A stretch of DNA of 64,000 nucleotides from Pseudomonadota bacterium (GCA_021813365.1 JAKALB010000003.1:360-64359); one strand, 5' to 3'; positions 46,053-56,671 are shown, counted from the first letter of the stretch. Numbers and translations are program-made. Notes: generated by a model from the sequence alone, not told the origin.

Positions 46053-47768
46053 ATGCATGCGCCCCTCTACCGATTTGTCGCGGCCCAGTCGCCCGAGGAA
46101 ATCGCGCGACAGGCACGGGTGTTGGGCAATGTCGAGATCACGCGAACCTGCCTGACGATCTTTGCCTATCTGGTGATGGCGATCTACCTGCCGCTGAGCC
46201 TGTGCCTGATCCTGGCGGCGCTGGATACCGCGGTGGAATGGCTGGGCGCGCGCGCCTTGCAGGATCTCGAGCCCGCGCGGCAGCCCTGGCGCTATCTGGC
46301 TGCGCATGGGGCGGTGGTGGTGGCCGAACTGGCATTCACCCTGCCGGCCGCGCTGCTGTGGCAACTGGACGACACCTTTGCCCGCGCCCTTTCCATCGGG
46401 GTCATCGCCGTCACGCTGCTGCAACTGATGTCGGTGCGCTGCATCCACCTTCCCTTCGCACTGACCGGCTGGAGCACGGTGCTGTCGATCAGCCTGGTGG
46501 GCAATGCGGCGGTCTGGCTGCGGCTTGGCGACATGGGAGGGCTGGCCCTGTCGACGCTGATCACGCTGGCCACGGCGCTTTTCGCGCTGCGCATCCTGAT
46601 GGCCAACCATGACATCCATGATGAGATCGCCCGCGAACGTGCCGCAGCCCAGGCGGCCGATCAGGCGAAATCGCTGTTCCTGGCGCAGATGAGCCATGAA
46701 CTCCGCACACCGCTGAATGCGATCATCGGCATGGGATTCATCGAGCTGACCATGTCCAGGGCGCCAGACACCCGCTCGCGGATGGCGACGCTGGTGCAGT
46801 CGGCCCGCGGCCTTGGCACCATCCTGGACGACATTCTTGACCTGGCCGCGGCGCGCGAGGGGCGGCTGACGCTGCGGCCCGCCGACCTGGACCTGGCCGA
46901 GGAGGTGCGGCTGACGGTGGCGCTGTTTCGCCCGCTGGCCGAGGCCCAGGGCATCCGGATCGAGCTGGCCCTGCCCGAAGACCTGCCCGCCCTGGCCCGG
47001 TTTGACGGGCACCGGATGCGGCAATGCCTGTCCAACATCCTGTCCAATGCGCTGAAGCACACCACGCAGGGCACGATCACCGTGCGGGTGCAGGCGGCGC
47101 CGGGACTGGCCGCAATCACGGTCAGCGACACCGGACCGGGCATCGCCCCCGCAGTCGCGGCCCACCTGTTCGAGCCCTTCCTGCAGGGGCCGGGCGCCGC
47201 GCGGGGCACGGGGCTGGGCCTGGCGATCTCGCGCCAGATCGCACGGGCCATGGGGGGCGATCTGGTGCTGATGCCGCAGACGCATGGGGCGCGGTTTCGG
47301 CTGACCTTCCACCTGCAGCCGATGGATGCGCCGCTGTCGCAGATGCCGGCGGATGCGGCGCAGACGGCACGGCCGGCGGTCCTGGACGGGGCGCGGGTGC
47401 TGGTGGTCGATGACATCGCCACCAACCGGCTGGTCGCGGCCAGTTACCTGCGCCTGCTGAACGCCAGACCGGTCGAGGCCGCCAATGCCGAAGAGGCGCT
47501 GGCGCTGATTGCGGCGGAAACGCCGGCGGCGGTGCTGCTGGACATGAACATGCCCGGCACCAACGGGATCGAAACCTTCCGGCTGATCTGCCTTGATGCC
47601 GCGCGGCGCGGGATCGCCCGGCCGCCCGTCGTCGCCATGACCGCCGATGCGACAGAGACGCATCGGCAGGCCTATCTGGCCGCGGGGCTGGATGGCTATG
47701 TCGCCAAGCCGCTGGACCTTGCAATCTTGCAGACCTCGCTGGAAGCGGTGCTGCCCCGCCCCGCCTGA
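46053..47768 (+). CDS. Membrane-bound hybrid sensor histidine kinase/response regulator
   Basis: Multi-TM N-terminus, H-box MSHELRTPLNAI, N/G boxes (DTGPGI, GTGLGLAI), receiver LVVDD...LLDMNMP. Confidence 0.9.
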   Translation: MHAPLYRFVAAQSPEEIARQARVLGNVEITRTCLTIFAYLVMAIYLPLSLCLILAALDTAVEWLGARALQDLEPARQPWRYLAAHGAVVVAELAFTLPAALLWQLDDTFARALSIGVIAVTLLQLMSVRCIHLPFALTGWSTVLSISLVGNAAVWLRLGDMGGLALSTLITLATALFALRILMANHDIHDEIARERAAAQAADQAKSLFLAQMSHELRTPLNAIIGMGFIELTMSRAPDTRSRMATLVQSARGLGTILDDILDLAAAREGRLTLRPADLDLAEEVRLTVALFRPLAEAQGIRIELALPEDLPALARFDGHRMRQCLSNILSNALKHTTQGTITVRVQAAPGLAAITVSDTGPGIAPAVAAHLFEPFLQGPGAARGTGLGLAISRQIARAMGGDLVLMPQTHGARFRLTFHLQPMDAPLSQMPADAAQTARPAVLDGARVLVVDDIATNRLVAASYLRLLNARPVEAANAEEALALIAAETPAAVLLDMNMPGTNGIETFRLICLDAARRGIARPPVVAMTADATETHRQAYLAAGLDGYVAKPLDLAILQTSLEAVLPRPA

Positions 47769-47892
47769 CCCCGCGGGCCAGGTGTCGCGGACGAACCAGT
47801 CCAAGTCGGATTCGCCAAGCGACCCGTCCGGCGCCGCGCCATGCTGGGCCGGATGGCACGGCCCGGAATCCGGAGCCGGATTGCGGAGACGG

Positions 47893-49329
47893 ATGATGCG
47901 GGACGTGGCGGCACTGGATGCGACGGCACAGGCCGAACTGGTGGCCAGGGGCGCGGTCAGCCCCGACGAGCTGCTGGATGCGGCCCTGAACGCGGTGGCG
48001 GCGCTGAACCCGCAGCTGAACGCGGTGGTGCTGATCCAGGAAGCGGTTGCGCGCCGGATGATCGCGGCGGGCCTGCCGCGCGGGCCGTTCCGGGGCGTGC
48101 CCTTCCTGCTGAAGGATCTGGGCTGCGAGGCGGTGGACTTTCCCAGCCACAACGGATCGCGCCTCTTGGCCAACACCACCTATTCCGCGGACAGCGCGAT
48201 CTACCAGCGCATCCGGGCCACGGGCGTGGTGACCTTCGGGCGCACCACCAGTCCCGAAGGCGGGATCGGCGCAGCAACGGAAAGTGCGGTCTATGGCGGG
48301 CCGACGCGGAACCCCTGGAACCTCGACCGCACATCGGGCGGATCTTCGGGTGGCGCCGGGGCCGCGGTGGCGGCGGGGATCGTGGCCTTTGCCCACGGCT
48401 CGGACGGAGGCGGGTCGGTGCGGATCCCGGCGTCAAGCTGCGGCCTGTTCGGGTTCAAGCCGACGCGCGCCCGGTTGCCGGACGGGCCATTTGCCGGCGA
48501 AGGCTGGGCGGGCATGTCAATCGACGGCTTCCTGACGAAGTCGGTGCGCGACACGGCGCGGATGCTGGATGCCTGCGAGGGGCCGGATCTGGGCGCGCCC
48601 TATGTGGCCCCTCCGCTCGGGCGGGGCCATGCGGCGGCGATCAGCCGCCCGCCGCGACGGCTGCGTGTGGCCTTGTGCGACACCACCTTTACCGGCGAGG
48701 CGATCCACCCGGAGGTGGCCACCGCAGTGCGCGCGGCCGCGCAGCTGCTGGAAGGCCTGGGCCACAGGGTCGAGGTGGCGCGGCCGCGCGCGGATGTGCC
48801 CATGATGATGCGGGCCTGGACCGATATCGTGGCGGTGGGCACTGCCCTGGGGATTCGCGGTGCGCTGAAGGGCCGGGCCTTGACCGGCGATCTGGTGGAG
48901 GGCGTGGGGCGTGGCGCAGTGGCACATGCCGAGAGCCTGTCGCCCTTGCGCTATCTGCAGGCGGTGGGTGAAATCCATGCCTTCGGCCGGCAGATGGCGG
49001 GCTGGTTCGACACGGGCTGGGATATCCTGCTGTCGGCCACATTGGCCGAACCTCCGGCGCGGGTGGGCCGCTTTGCCCATGACACCACCGACTATGTGGC
49101 CTACCGCACCGGACCGCAGGGCATCTTCGCCTATTCGCCGTTCTGCGCGATCTTCAATGCCAGCGGCCAGCCGGCGGCCTCGATTCCCCTCGGTCAGTCG
49201 ACCGAGGGCCTGCCGATCGGAATCCACCTGGCCGCGCCTTACGGGGCTGATGAAGAGTTGATCGCGCTGTGCGCCGAACTTGAGCAGGCGCAACCCTGGG
49301 CTGCGCGTCGGCCGCCTCTGCACGCGTGA
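47893..49329 (+). CDS. Amidase signature family protein
   Basis: GVPFLLKDL, GGSSGGAGAAVAAG, GSDGGGSVRIPAS. Confidence 0.92.
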   Translation: MMRDVAALDATAQAELVARGAVSPDELLDAALNAVAALNPQLNAVVLIQEAVARRMIAAGLPRGPFRGVPFLLKDLGCEAVDFPSHNGSRLLANTTYSADSAIYQRIRATGVVTFGRTTSPEGGIGAATESAVYGGPTRNPWNLDRTSGGSSGGAGAAVAAGIVAFAHGSDGGGSVRIPASSCGLFGFKPTRARLPDGPFAGEGWAGMSIDGFLTKSVRDTARMLDACEGPDLGAPYVAPPLGRGHAAAISRPPRRLRVALCDTTFTGEAIHPEVATAVRAAAQLLEGLGHRVEVARPRADVPMMMRAWTDIVAVGTALGIRGALKGRALTGDLVEGVGRGAVAHAESLSPLRYLQAVGEIHAFGRQMAGWFDTGWDILLSATLAEPPARVGRFAHDTTDYVAYRTGPQGIFAYSPFCAIFNASGQPAASIPLGQSTEGLPIGIHLAAPYGADEELIALCAELEQAQPWAARRPPLHA

Positions 49330-49407
49330 TGCCGATTTTCATTGCACGGGCGTCCGACTGCCGTCCAAAGTGGTGAAAGTGATCAAAACCCCCGGAGTCA
49401 GAGTCCC

Positions 49408-50493
49408 TTGACCACAGCCCGTCCTGCCGCCGCCGGAACCGCCATCGAAGCCGCCCGAGTCGTGAAGGAGTTCGGTCAGGGCGCCACCACATTTCGCGCG
49501 CTGGACGATGTGTCGATCGCGGTCCGCGAGGGCGAATTCTTCACCCTTCTGGGGCCATCGGGCTGCGGCAAGACCACCCTCTTGCGGCTTTTCGCAGGGT
49601 TCGAGATGCCGTCGTCGGGCGCGATCCTGCTGAAGGGCGAGGACATCACCGAATTGCCGCCCAACAAGCGGCCGGTGAATACGGTCTTTCAGAGCTACGC
49701 GCTGTTCCCGCATCTGAGCGTGGCGCAGAACATCGCCTTTGGCCTGGTGATGCAGGGGCGCCCGGCGGGCGAGGTGGCGGCGCAGGTCGAAAAGATGCTG
49801 GCGCTGGTCAAGCTTGAGTCGTTGGCCGGCCGCAGACCGGCGCAACTCTCGGGCGGCCAGCAGCAGCGCGTGGCGCTGGCCCGCGCCCTGGCGCCCGCGC
49901 CCAGGGTGCTGTTGCTGGACGAACCGCTGTCGGCACTGGACCTGAAGCTGCGCAAGGAAATGCAGATCGAGTTGAAGCGCCTGCAGACGGAAACCGGGAT
50001 CACCTTCATCTTCGTCACGCATGACCAGGAAGAAGCCCTGACCATGTCCGACCGGATAGGCGTGATGAGCGCAGGCAAGCTGCAACAGGTGGGCACGCCG
50101 CGCGACATCTACACAAGGCCGGTGAACCGCTTTGTCGCCAGCTTCATCGGCGAGACGAATTTCCTGCCCGCCACCGCGGTGCCGGGCGGCGTGCGGCTGG
50201 CCACGGGCGATGTCGTGGCGCTGCCGGGCGCGCCCGCGAGCGGGGCGGTGACGCTGACGGTGCGGCCCGAACAGGTGCGCCTGGTGGCAGCAGGCGAGGC
50301 CGGATCGATCGCAGCCACGGTCAGGGCCCTGGTCTATTTCGGCACCGACACGCATTGCCACCTGGCGCTTGCGGATGGCAGCGAACTGGTCGCGCGGTTG
50401 CAGAGCCCGGCCACGGGCGATGCGGGGCTGGCGCAGGGCCAGGCCGTGGGAGTGACCTTCGTGCCCGGCGCGGCGCAGATCGTGGGGGATTGA
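49408..50493 (+). CDS. potA: Polyamine ABC transporter ATP-binding protein; start uncertain (TTG 49408)
   Basis: [48 protein letters not shown]. Confidence 0.9.
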   Translation: MTTARPAAAGTAIEAARVVKEFGQGATTFRALDDVSIAVREGEFFTLLGPSGCGKTTLLRLFAGFEMPSSGAILLKGEDITELPPNKRPVNTVFQSYALFPHLSVAQNIAFGLVMQGRPAGEVAAQVEKMLALVKLESLAGRRPAQLSGGQQQRVALARALAPAPRVLLLDEPLSALDLKLRKEMQIELKRLQTETGITFIFVTHDQEEALTMSDRIGVMSAGKLQQVGTPRDIYTRPVNRFVASFIGETNFLPATAVPGGVRLATGDVVALPGAPASGAVTLTVRPEQVRLVAAGEAGSIAATVRALVYFGTDTHCHLALADGSELVARLQSPATGDAGLAQGQAVGVTFVPGAAQIVGD

Positions 50494-50497
50494 CGCC

Positions 50498-51409
50498 ATG
50501 AGCCCCGCCGAACAGGCCCAGATTCGCCGGGCGGCCCGCAACGGCTGGCTGCTGTCGGCGCCGGCGCTGGTGATCCTGGCCCTGGCCGCGGTGGGGCCGC
50601 TGATCATCGTGGTGGTCTATTCCTTTCTGTTGCCCGGCAAATACGGCAATGTGGTATGGGGCTTCTCGCTGGATGCCTGGCGCGGAATCCTGTTCACCCG
50701 CGACATCTTCGACGGCACGCTGGCCTGGGCCGATGCCAATCTGACGATCTTCTGGCGGTCGGTGAAACTGTCGATCCTGACCACGGTCTTCACCTTTGTC
50801 GTGGGGTTCCCGACCGCCTGGTTCATCGCCACCCGCCCGCCGCGCGGCCGGGCACTGTGGCTGTTCCTGATCACGATTCCCTTCTGGACCAATCTGCTGA
50901 TCCGGACCTTTGCCATCAACGAGATCATCCGAAACGAGGGCCTGCTGAACACCACGCTGATGCGGCTGGGCCTGATCAGCAAGCCGATCGAGATGATCTA
51001 TACCGACGGGGCGGTGTTCGTGGGCATGACCTATGTCTATCTGCCGCTGATGGTGCTGCCGCTGTTCGCCGCGATCGACCGGTTCGACATGCGGCTGCTC
51101 GAGGCGGGCTATGACCTCTATGCCAGCCGCTGGCAGGTGCTGCGCCGGGTGATCCTGCCCATCGTGAAGCCGGGAATCGTGGCCGGATCGATCCTGGTCT
51201 TCGTGCCGGCGCTGGGCGCCTATGTGACGCCGCGCATCCTGGGCGGCGGCAAGAACATGATGATCGGGAATTTCATCGAGCTGCAGTTTGGCCAGGGCCG
51301 CAACTGGCCGTTGGGCGCCTCTCTGTCGGTGACGCTGCTGGTCATCGTGACCGCCGCCCTGCTGGTCTATGTCCGCTATGCCAACGGGGACGACCGCAAT
51401 GGCCGCTAG
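50498..51409 (+). CDS. potB: Polyamine ABC permease
   Basis: PFWTNLLIR, YVYLPLMVLP, EAGYDL, GQGRNWPLG. Confidence 0.9.
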   Translation: MSPAEQAQIRRAARNGWLLSAPALVILALAAVGPLIIVVVYSFLLPGKYGNVVWGFSLDAWRGILFTRDIFDGTLAWADANLTIFWRSVKLSILTTVFTFVVGFPTAWFIATRPPRGRALWLFLITIPFWTNLLIRTFAINEIIRNEGLLNTTLMRLGLISKPIEMIYTDGAVFVGMTYVYLPLMVLPLFAAIDRFDMRLLEAGYDLYASRWQVLRRVILPIVKPGIVAGSILVFVPALGAYVTPRILGGGKNMMIGNFIELQFGQGRNWPLGASLSVTLLVIVTAALLVYVRYANGDDRNGR

Positions 51410-52202
51410 GAGCTTTTCGATCAGCCGGTTGCCGGGGTTCAATGCGATCGCCGTCCTGGTGTTCGTGGTGCTGTACCTGCCGATCATCGTGCTGGTGATC
51501 TATTCCTTCAACGCCGGCAGGTCGATCTCGGACTGGGAGGGGCTGTCGCTGCACTGGTATGCGGTGGCCTGGGACAACGACGATGTGAAGGATGCCACGA
51601 TCCGGTCGCTGTATCTGGCGGTGACGGCTGCGGTGATCTCGACCGCGGTGGCCACGATGGCGGCGCTGGGCACCACAAGGCGCCGGGCCTTCCGGGGGCA
51701 GACCTTCATCTATGTGATGATCAACCAGCCGCTGATGGTGCCGGAAATCGTGACGGCCGTGGCGCTCTTGATCTTTTTCGCCGCGATCCGGCAGGCCACG
51801 GGATATCAGGGCATGGGCTATCTTGTGGCGGCCCACGCCGCCTTCTGCATCCCCTTTGCCTATCTGCCGATCCGCGCCCGGCTGGAAGGCATGGACCTGA
51901 CGCTGGAAACCGCCGCATCCGACCTATATGCCAGCGACTGGCAGGTGTTTCGCCATGTCACCTTTCCCATCCTGCTGCCCGGCATCCTGGCCGGGCTGAT
52001 GCTGGCCTTCGTGACCTCGCTCGACGATGTGGTGATCACCGTCTTCATCAAGTCTGCCGGGCAGGACACGCTGCCCACCTACATGCTGGGCCAGATCCGG
52101 CGGCAGGTGACGGGCGAGATCAATGCGATATCCTCGGCCCTGCTGGCGCTGACCGTGGCGCTGCTGACCCTGTTTTTCCTGCTGACCCGCAAGAGGGATT
52201 GA
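51399..52202 (+). CDS. potC: Polyamine ABC permease
   Basis: YLPIIVLVIYSFN, PEIVTAVALL, SLDDVVIT, TLP motifs. Confidence 0.9.
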   Translation: MAARSFSISRLPGFNAIAVLVFVVLYLPIIVLVIYSFNAGRSISDWEGLSLHWYAVAWDNDDVKDATIRSLYLAVTAAVISTAVATMAALGTTRRRAFRGQTFIYVMINQPLMVPEIVTAVALLIFFAAIRQATGYQGMGYLVAAHAAFCIPFAYLPIRARLEGMDLTLETAASDLYASDWQVFRHVTFPILLPGILAGLMLAFVTSLDDVVITVFIKSAGQDTLPTYMLGQIRRQVTGEINAISSALLALTVALLTLFFLLTRKRD

Positions 52203-52253
52203 GCCGGGAGCCGCGACAAGACCAAGAGCGAAACCAACAACTGGGAGACTGCA

Positions 52254-53279
52254 ATGAAAAGACTTCTGTCCAGCATCGCGTTGCTGATGGTGACCACCGG
52301 CCTGGCCCAGGCCGAAGGCGAACTGCAACTGTACAACTGGGGCGACTACACCAACCCCGAACTGATCAAGAAATTCGAGGCCGAGACCGGCATCAAGGTC
52401 ACGATCACCGATTACGACAGCAACGACACCGCCCTGGCCAAGATCGAGGCGGGCGGGTCGGGCTTTGACCTGGTCGTGCCCTCGGCCAACTACGTGCCGA
52501 TCTACATCGAGAAGGGCCTGATCCAGGAGCTGGACCTGTCCAAGATCCCGCATCATTCCAACATCGCGCCGGAATGGATGAATGTGGCCTATGATCCGGG
52601 CCGCAAGTACACGATCCCGTGGCAGTGGGGCTCCACCGGCATGGCAGTGAACCAGAAGGCCTATTCGGGCGACATCAACACATCCGCCATCTTCCTCGAC
52701 CCGCCGCCGGAACTGGTGGGCAAGGTCAACGTCACGCCGGAAATGAACGATGTCCTGGCCCTGGCCACGATGTACATGGGCGGCGAGCCGTGCTCGGAAG
52801 ACGCCGAACTGATGAAGAAGGTCCGCGACAAGCTGCTGGAGGCCAAGCCCAAGTGGCTGTCGATGGACTATGGCATGACCGAGAAGATGTCGAACAACGA
52901 TGTCGTGGCCAGCCTGTACTGGAACGGCGCGATCTTCCGCGCGCGCCTGGCCAACCCGGATGTCAAATACGGCTATCCGAAGGAAGGCTTCCCGCTGTGG
53001 ATGGATCAGGTTGCCCTGCTGAAGGACGCCAAGAACGTCGAGGAAGCCTACAAGTTCCTGGACTTCATCACCCTGCCGGAAAACGCCGCCCTGATCTCGG
53101 CCTTTGCGCGTTACGCCAATGGCATCACCGGTTCCGAAGAATTCATGCCGGCCGACATGAAGGACGCGCCCGAGATCGTCATCCCGGACGAGTTCAAGGA
53201 CAAGGGCCATTTCCTGATGACCTGCACCGGCAAGGCGCAGGATTACATCACCGCGATCTGGACCGAGTTGCAGAAGTGA
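52254..53279 (+). CDS. Polyamine ABC substrate-binding protein (PotD/PotF-like)
   Basis: Signal peptide, LYNWGDY, YDSND, DLVVPS, PKEG..LWMD. Confidence 0.92.
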   Translation: MKRLLSSIALLMVTTGLAQAEGELQLYNWGDYTNPELIKKFEAETGIKVTITDYDSNDTALAKIEAGGSGFDLVVPSANYVPIYIEKGLIQELDLSKIPHHSNIAPEWMNVAYDPGRKYTIPWQWGSTGMAVNQKAYSGDINTSAIFLDPPPELVGKVNVTPEMNDVLALATMYMGGEPCSEDAELMKKVRDKLLEAKPKWLSMDYGMTEKMSNNDVVASLYWNGAIFRARLANPDVKYGYPKEGFPLWMDQVALLKDAKNVEEAYKFLDFITLPENAALISAFARYANGITGSEEFMPADMKDAPEIVIPDEFKDKGHFLMTCTGKAQDYITAIWTELQK

Positions 53280-53294
53280 TCAACACCTGAGACC

Positions 53295-53321
53295 CCGGAG
53301 AGGGCCCCATGCCCTCTCCGG
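53295..53321. other. Perfect 11-bp stem-loop between binding-protein gene and amidase
   Basis: ccggagagggc-cccat-gccctctccgg. Confidence 0.55.
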
Positions 53322-53357
53322 ACCTCTCCTGTCGCGCGACATTTTGGCAAGGTGGAA

Positions 53358-54797
53358 ATGGACCTCTGGGACTGGTCTGCATCGGATCTGTCACGGGCGA
53401 TTGCGGCGCGGCAGGTGGCCCCATCCGAGGTGATGGCCACGGTTCTGGCGCGGATCGCGGCGCTCAATCCTTCGATCAACGCGATCGTGTCGCTGCGCGA
53501 CCCCGATGGCCTGATGGCCGAGGCCCGCCGGGCGGACGATGCGCCGCGCAAGGGTTGGCTGCACGGGCTGCCGCTGGCGGTGAAGGATCTCTGCGCGACC
53601 AGGGGGCTGCGCACCACCTGGGGCTCGCCCCTGTTTGCCGATTGCGTGCCGACCCGGGATGACCTGCTGGCCGCGCGGATGCGGGGCGCCGGGGCGATCT
53701 TCATCGCAAAGACCAACACGCCCGAATGGGGGCACGGCAGCCATACGTTCAACCCGGTGTTCGGGGCGACGCGCAATCCCTATGACCTGACGCGCACACC
53801 CGGCGGCTCCAGCGGCGGGGCGGCGGCAGCGCTGGCGGCGCGGATGGTGCCGGTGGCCGATGGCAGCGACATGATGGGCAGCCTGCGCAACCCGGCCGGG
53901 TTCTGCAATGTCTACGGGTTCCGGCCCAGTTGGGGGCTGGTGCCGACGGATGCCGAAGGCGACACGTTTCTGGCCACGCTGGCCACCGAAGGCCCGATGG
54001 GCCGCACGATCGAGGATGTGGCACGGTTGCTGTCGGTTCAGGCCGGGCGCAACCCCGAAGTGCCGTTCGACCGGCCGGGCGCCGATTTCGCGGCCGGGCT
54101 GGAAGGAGCCAGCCTGAAGGGCAAGCGCATCGCCTGGGCGCGGGACTGGGGCGGCGCCTATGCGATGGAGCCGGGAATCCTGGAGATCTGCGAGGCGGGT
54201 CTGCGGCAGATGCAGGATCTGGGTGCGGTGGTCGAAGAGATCGCCCCGCCCTTCCCGGCCGAGGAGTTGTGGCATGCCTGGATCACCCTGCGCGCCATGC
54301 TGAACGCCAACGGATTCCGCGAAACCCACGCCGACCCGGAAAAACGGGCTCGGGTGAAGCCTGAAACGCTCTGGGAAATCGAGCAGGGGCTGAATCTGTC
54401 GGCTGCCGAGGTCTATGCCGCCAGCGTGATCCGCAGCCGCTGGTATGCAAGGGCGGCGCGGCTGTTCGCCCGGTTCGACGCGCTGGCCCTGCCGGTGGCT
54501 CAGGTCTGGCCGTTTCCGGTCGAGTGGCGCTGGCCGGCCGAGGTGGCGGGGCGGCGGATGGACACCTATCACCGCTGGATGGAGGTGGTGATCCCGGTCA
54601 GCCTGGCAGGCCTGCCCTGCCTGTCGCTGCCCATGGGCCTTGGGCCACCGGGCCCGTCACAGGGCTTGCCGATGGGGCTGCAACTGGCCGGGCCGGTCGG
54701 CGCGGATGCGGCGGTTCTGGCGATGGGCCAGGCCTGGCACCTGGCCACGGACTGGCCAGGACGAAGGCCGCCCGCTCTGCCGCCCGCCCGGAGCTGA
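53358..54797 (+). CDS. Amidase signature family protein
   Basis: GLPLAVKDL, KTNTPEWG, GGSSGGAAAALA, GSDMMGSLRNPA. Confidence 0.92.
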   Translation: MDLWDWSASDLSRAIAARQVAPSEVMATVLARIAALNPSINAIVSLRDPDGLMAEARRADDAPRKGWLHGLPLAVKDLCATRGLRTTWGSPLFADCVPTRDDLLAARMRGAGAIFIAKTNTPEWGHGSHTFNPVFGATRNPYDLTRTPGGSSGGAAAALAARMVPVADGSDMMGSLRNPAGFCNVYGFRPSWGLVPTDAEGDTFLATLATEGPMGRTIEDVARLLSVQAGRNPEVPFDRPGADFAAGLEGASLKGKRIAWARDWGGAYAMEPGILEICEAGLRQMQDLGAVVEEIAPPFPAEELWHAWITLRAMLNANGFRETHADPEKRARVKPETLWEIEQGLNLSAAEVYAASVIRSRWYARAARLFARFDALALPVAQVWPFPVEWRWPAEVAGRRMDTYHRWMEVVIPVSLAGLPCLSLPMGLGPPGPSQGLPMGLQLAGPVGADAAVLAMGQAWHLATDWPGRRPPALPPARS

Positions 54798-54828
54798 GGT
54801 CGCGCCGGGTGCTGGCACGCCGGTCCGT

Positions 54829-55503
54829 CTAGCGCGACGAAGCCATCAGCGCCTCGCGCACATATTCGGTGCGGACCCAGTCCTCGAAGGAGATCGGGCC
54901 CTGAGACAGGCGCTGTTCGTAGGCGTCGAGGAACCGGTCGAGGACTCCGGTCTTCGACCAGCGGAAATGCAGGAACCTGGGCGACAGCTGGCGGCGGGCT
55001 TCGGCCGCGGGGCGGCCCTCGATCACCATCTTCCAGATCGCCCCGGCCAGACCGGTGCGGTCGGCGCCGGACTTGCAATGCACCAGGATCGGCCGCGGCA
55101 GGGTGCGATAGGCCTCGATCAGGGCCAGGATGGCGGCGGCATGGGGCGCCTGGCGCGCCGACATCGGCACCACCACCAGCGGCAGGCCCAGGCGGGCGCA
55201 GGCCTCGGCCTCGAACTTGTAGGGGGACTGGTGCTTTGCCCCCCGCAGGTTCAACACCGACCGGATTCCGCGCCTGGCATAGTCTTCCAGACGCGCGGCA
55301 TCGGGATGGTTCGAGCGGTAGAGACCCGGACCGACCAGCGCGAAATTGTGCCAGGGTCGGCGCAGGATGCCATGATCGAACCAGTCGACGAACTGCTGGC
55401 TGCGGCGGCGGTGGTGCGGGTCCGAGATGTCATGGGTGAACCGCGCCTCCAGCCGGCGCTGGATCGAGACCAGCCAGTGATGAATGCCCTTGCCCTTGGC
55501 CAA
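54829..55503 (-). CDS. Cys-based (CX5R) dual-specificity/tyrosine phosphatase family protein; start uncertain
   Basis: LYRSNHP, VLNLRG, P-loop HCKSGADRTG. Confidence 0.85.
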   Translation of the reverse strand: MAKGKGIHHWLVSIQRRLEARFTHDISDPHHRRRSQQFVDWFDHGILRRPWHNFALVGPGLYRSNHPDAARLEDYARRGIRSVLNLRGAKHQSPYKFEAEACARLGLPLVVVPMSARQAPHAAAILALIEAYRTLPRPILVHCKSGADRTGLAGAIWKMVIEGRPAAEARRQLSPRFLHFRWSKTGVLDRFLDAYEQRLSQGPISFEDWVRTEYVREALMASSR

Positions 55504-55632
55504 TCGCGCGCCCCTCCGCTCGGGGCCTATGTGGCGCGGAACCGCGCGCGGCGCAACCCGGACGGCGCGCATTTCCCTTTTGCGCGCGCGCACGGGTCAA
55601 GCTATCTGGGGGCAAGCCACAAGGAGAGCCAC

Positions 55633-56661
55633 ATGCAGATCGCAGGCCGCAAGATCGGACCGGACCATCCCCCGCTGGTGATTGCAGAAATCGGCATCAA
55701 CCACGGAGGCGATCTGGGCGTGGCCAAGGAAATGGTTCGCCTGGCCGCCGGCGCGGGCTGCGAGATGATCAAGCACCAGACCCATATCATCGAAGACGAG
55801 ATGACCGACGAGGCGAAGTCGATCTTCCCGCCGAATGCCGATCAGTCGATCTGGCATGTGATGGAACGCTGCGCATTGAGCCTGGACGAGGAGGCCGAGC
55901 TGAAGCGCTACACCGAAAGCCTGGGAATGATCTGGATTTCCACGCCCTTCTCGCGGGCAGCGGCGGATTTCCTGGAAACGCTGGATGTGCCGGCCTACAA
56001 GATCGGCAGCGGCGAGGCCGACCACCTGCCGCTGATCCGGCACATCGCCCGCAAGGGCAAGCCGGTGATCCTTTCCACCGGCATGCAGACGATCTCGACG
56101 ATCCGGGCCAGCGTGCAGATCCTGGAAGATGCCGGCCTGCCCTATGCCTTGCTGGAATGCACCAACCTGTATCCCAGCCCGCCGGAGATCGTCTCGCTGC
56201 GGGGCGTGACCGAGTTGCGGCAGGCTTTCCCCAAGGCGGTCGTCGGGTTTTCCGACCATTCGATCGGGCCGGAAATGGCCCTGGCCTCGGTGGCGCTGGG
56301 GGCCTCGATCCTCGAGCGGCATTACACCGATACGCGCTATCGCAAGGGGCCGGACATCATCAATTCGATGGACCCGGCCGAGCTGCGCTTCCTGATCGAC
56401 CGGTCGAAGGAAATCTGGACCGCGCTGAACAATCCCAAGACGCGGACCGCGCCCGAGGAGGACGTGTATCGCTTTGCCCGCGGCTCGGTGGTGGCCGACC
56501 GCGACCTGCCAGCGGGCCATGTCATCGGCGAGGCGGATATCTGGGCACGGCGGCCGGGTTCGGGCGAGATCGCGGCCTATGACTTCGACAAGGTGGTCGG
56601 ACGGCGGCTGACCCGGATGGTCACGCGGAACACGCAGCTCAAGTGGGCGGATCTGGCATAA
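55633..56661 (+). CDS. neuB: N-acetylneuraminate synthase
   Basis: AEIGINHGG, KHQTHIIEDEM, STPFSRAAA, KIGSGE, SDHS, LERHYTD, C-terminal AFL/SAF domain; AAGGAG RBS. Confidence 0.93.
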   Translation: MQIAGRKIGPDHPPLVIAEIGINHGGDLGVAKEMVRLAAGAGCEMIKHQTHIIEDEMTDEAKSIFPPNADQSIWHVMERCALSLDEEAELKRYTESLGMIWISTPFSRAAADFLETLDVPAYKIGSGEADHLPLIRHIARKGKPVILSTGMQTISTIRASVQILEDAGLPYALLECTNLYPSPPEIVSLRGVTELRQAFPKAVVGFSDHSIGPEMALASVALGASILERHYTDTRYRKGPDIINSMDPAELRFLIDRSKEIWTALNNPKTRTAPEEDVYRFARGSVVADRDLPAGHVIGEADIWARRPGSGEIAAYDFDKVVGRRLTRMVTRNTQLKWADLA

Positions 56662-56671
56662 GGATCCCGGG

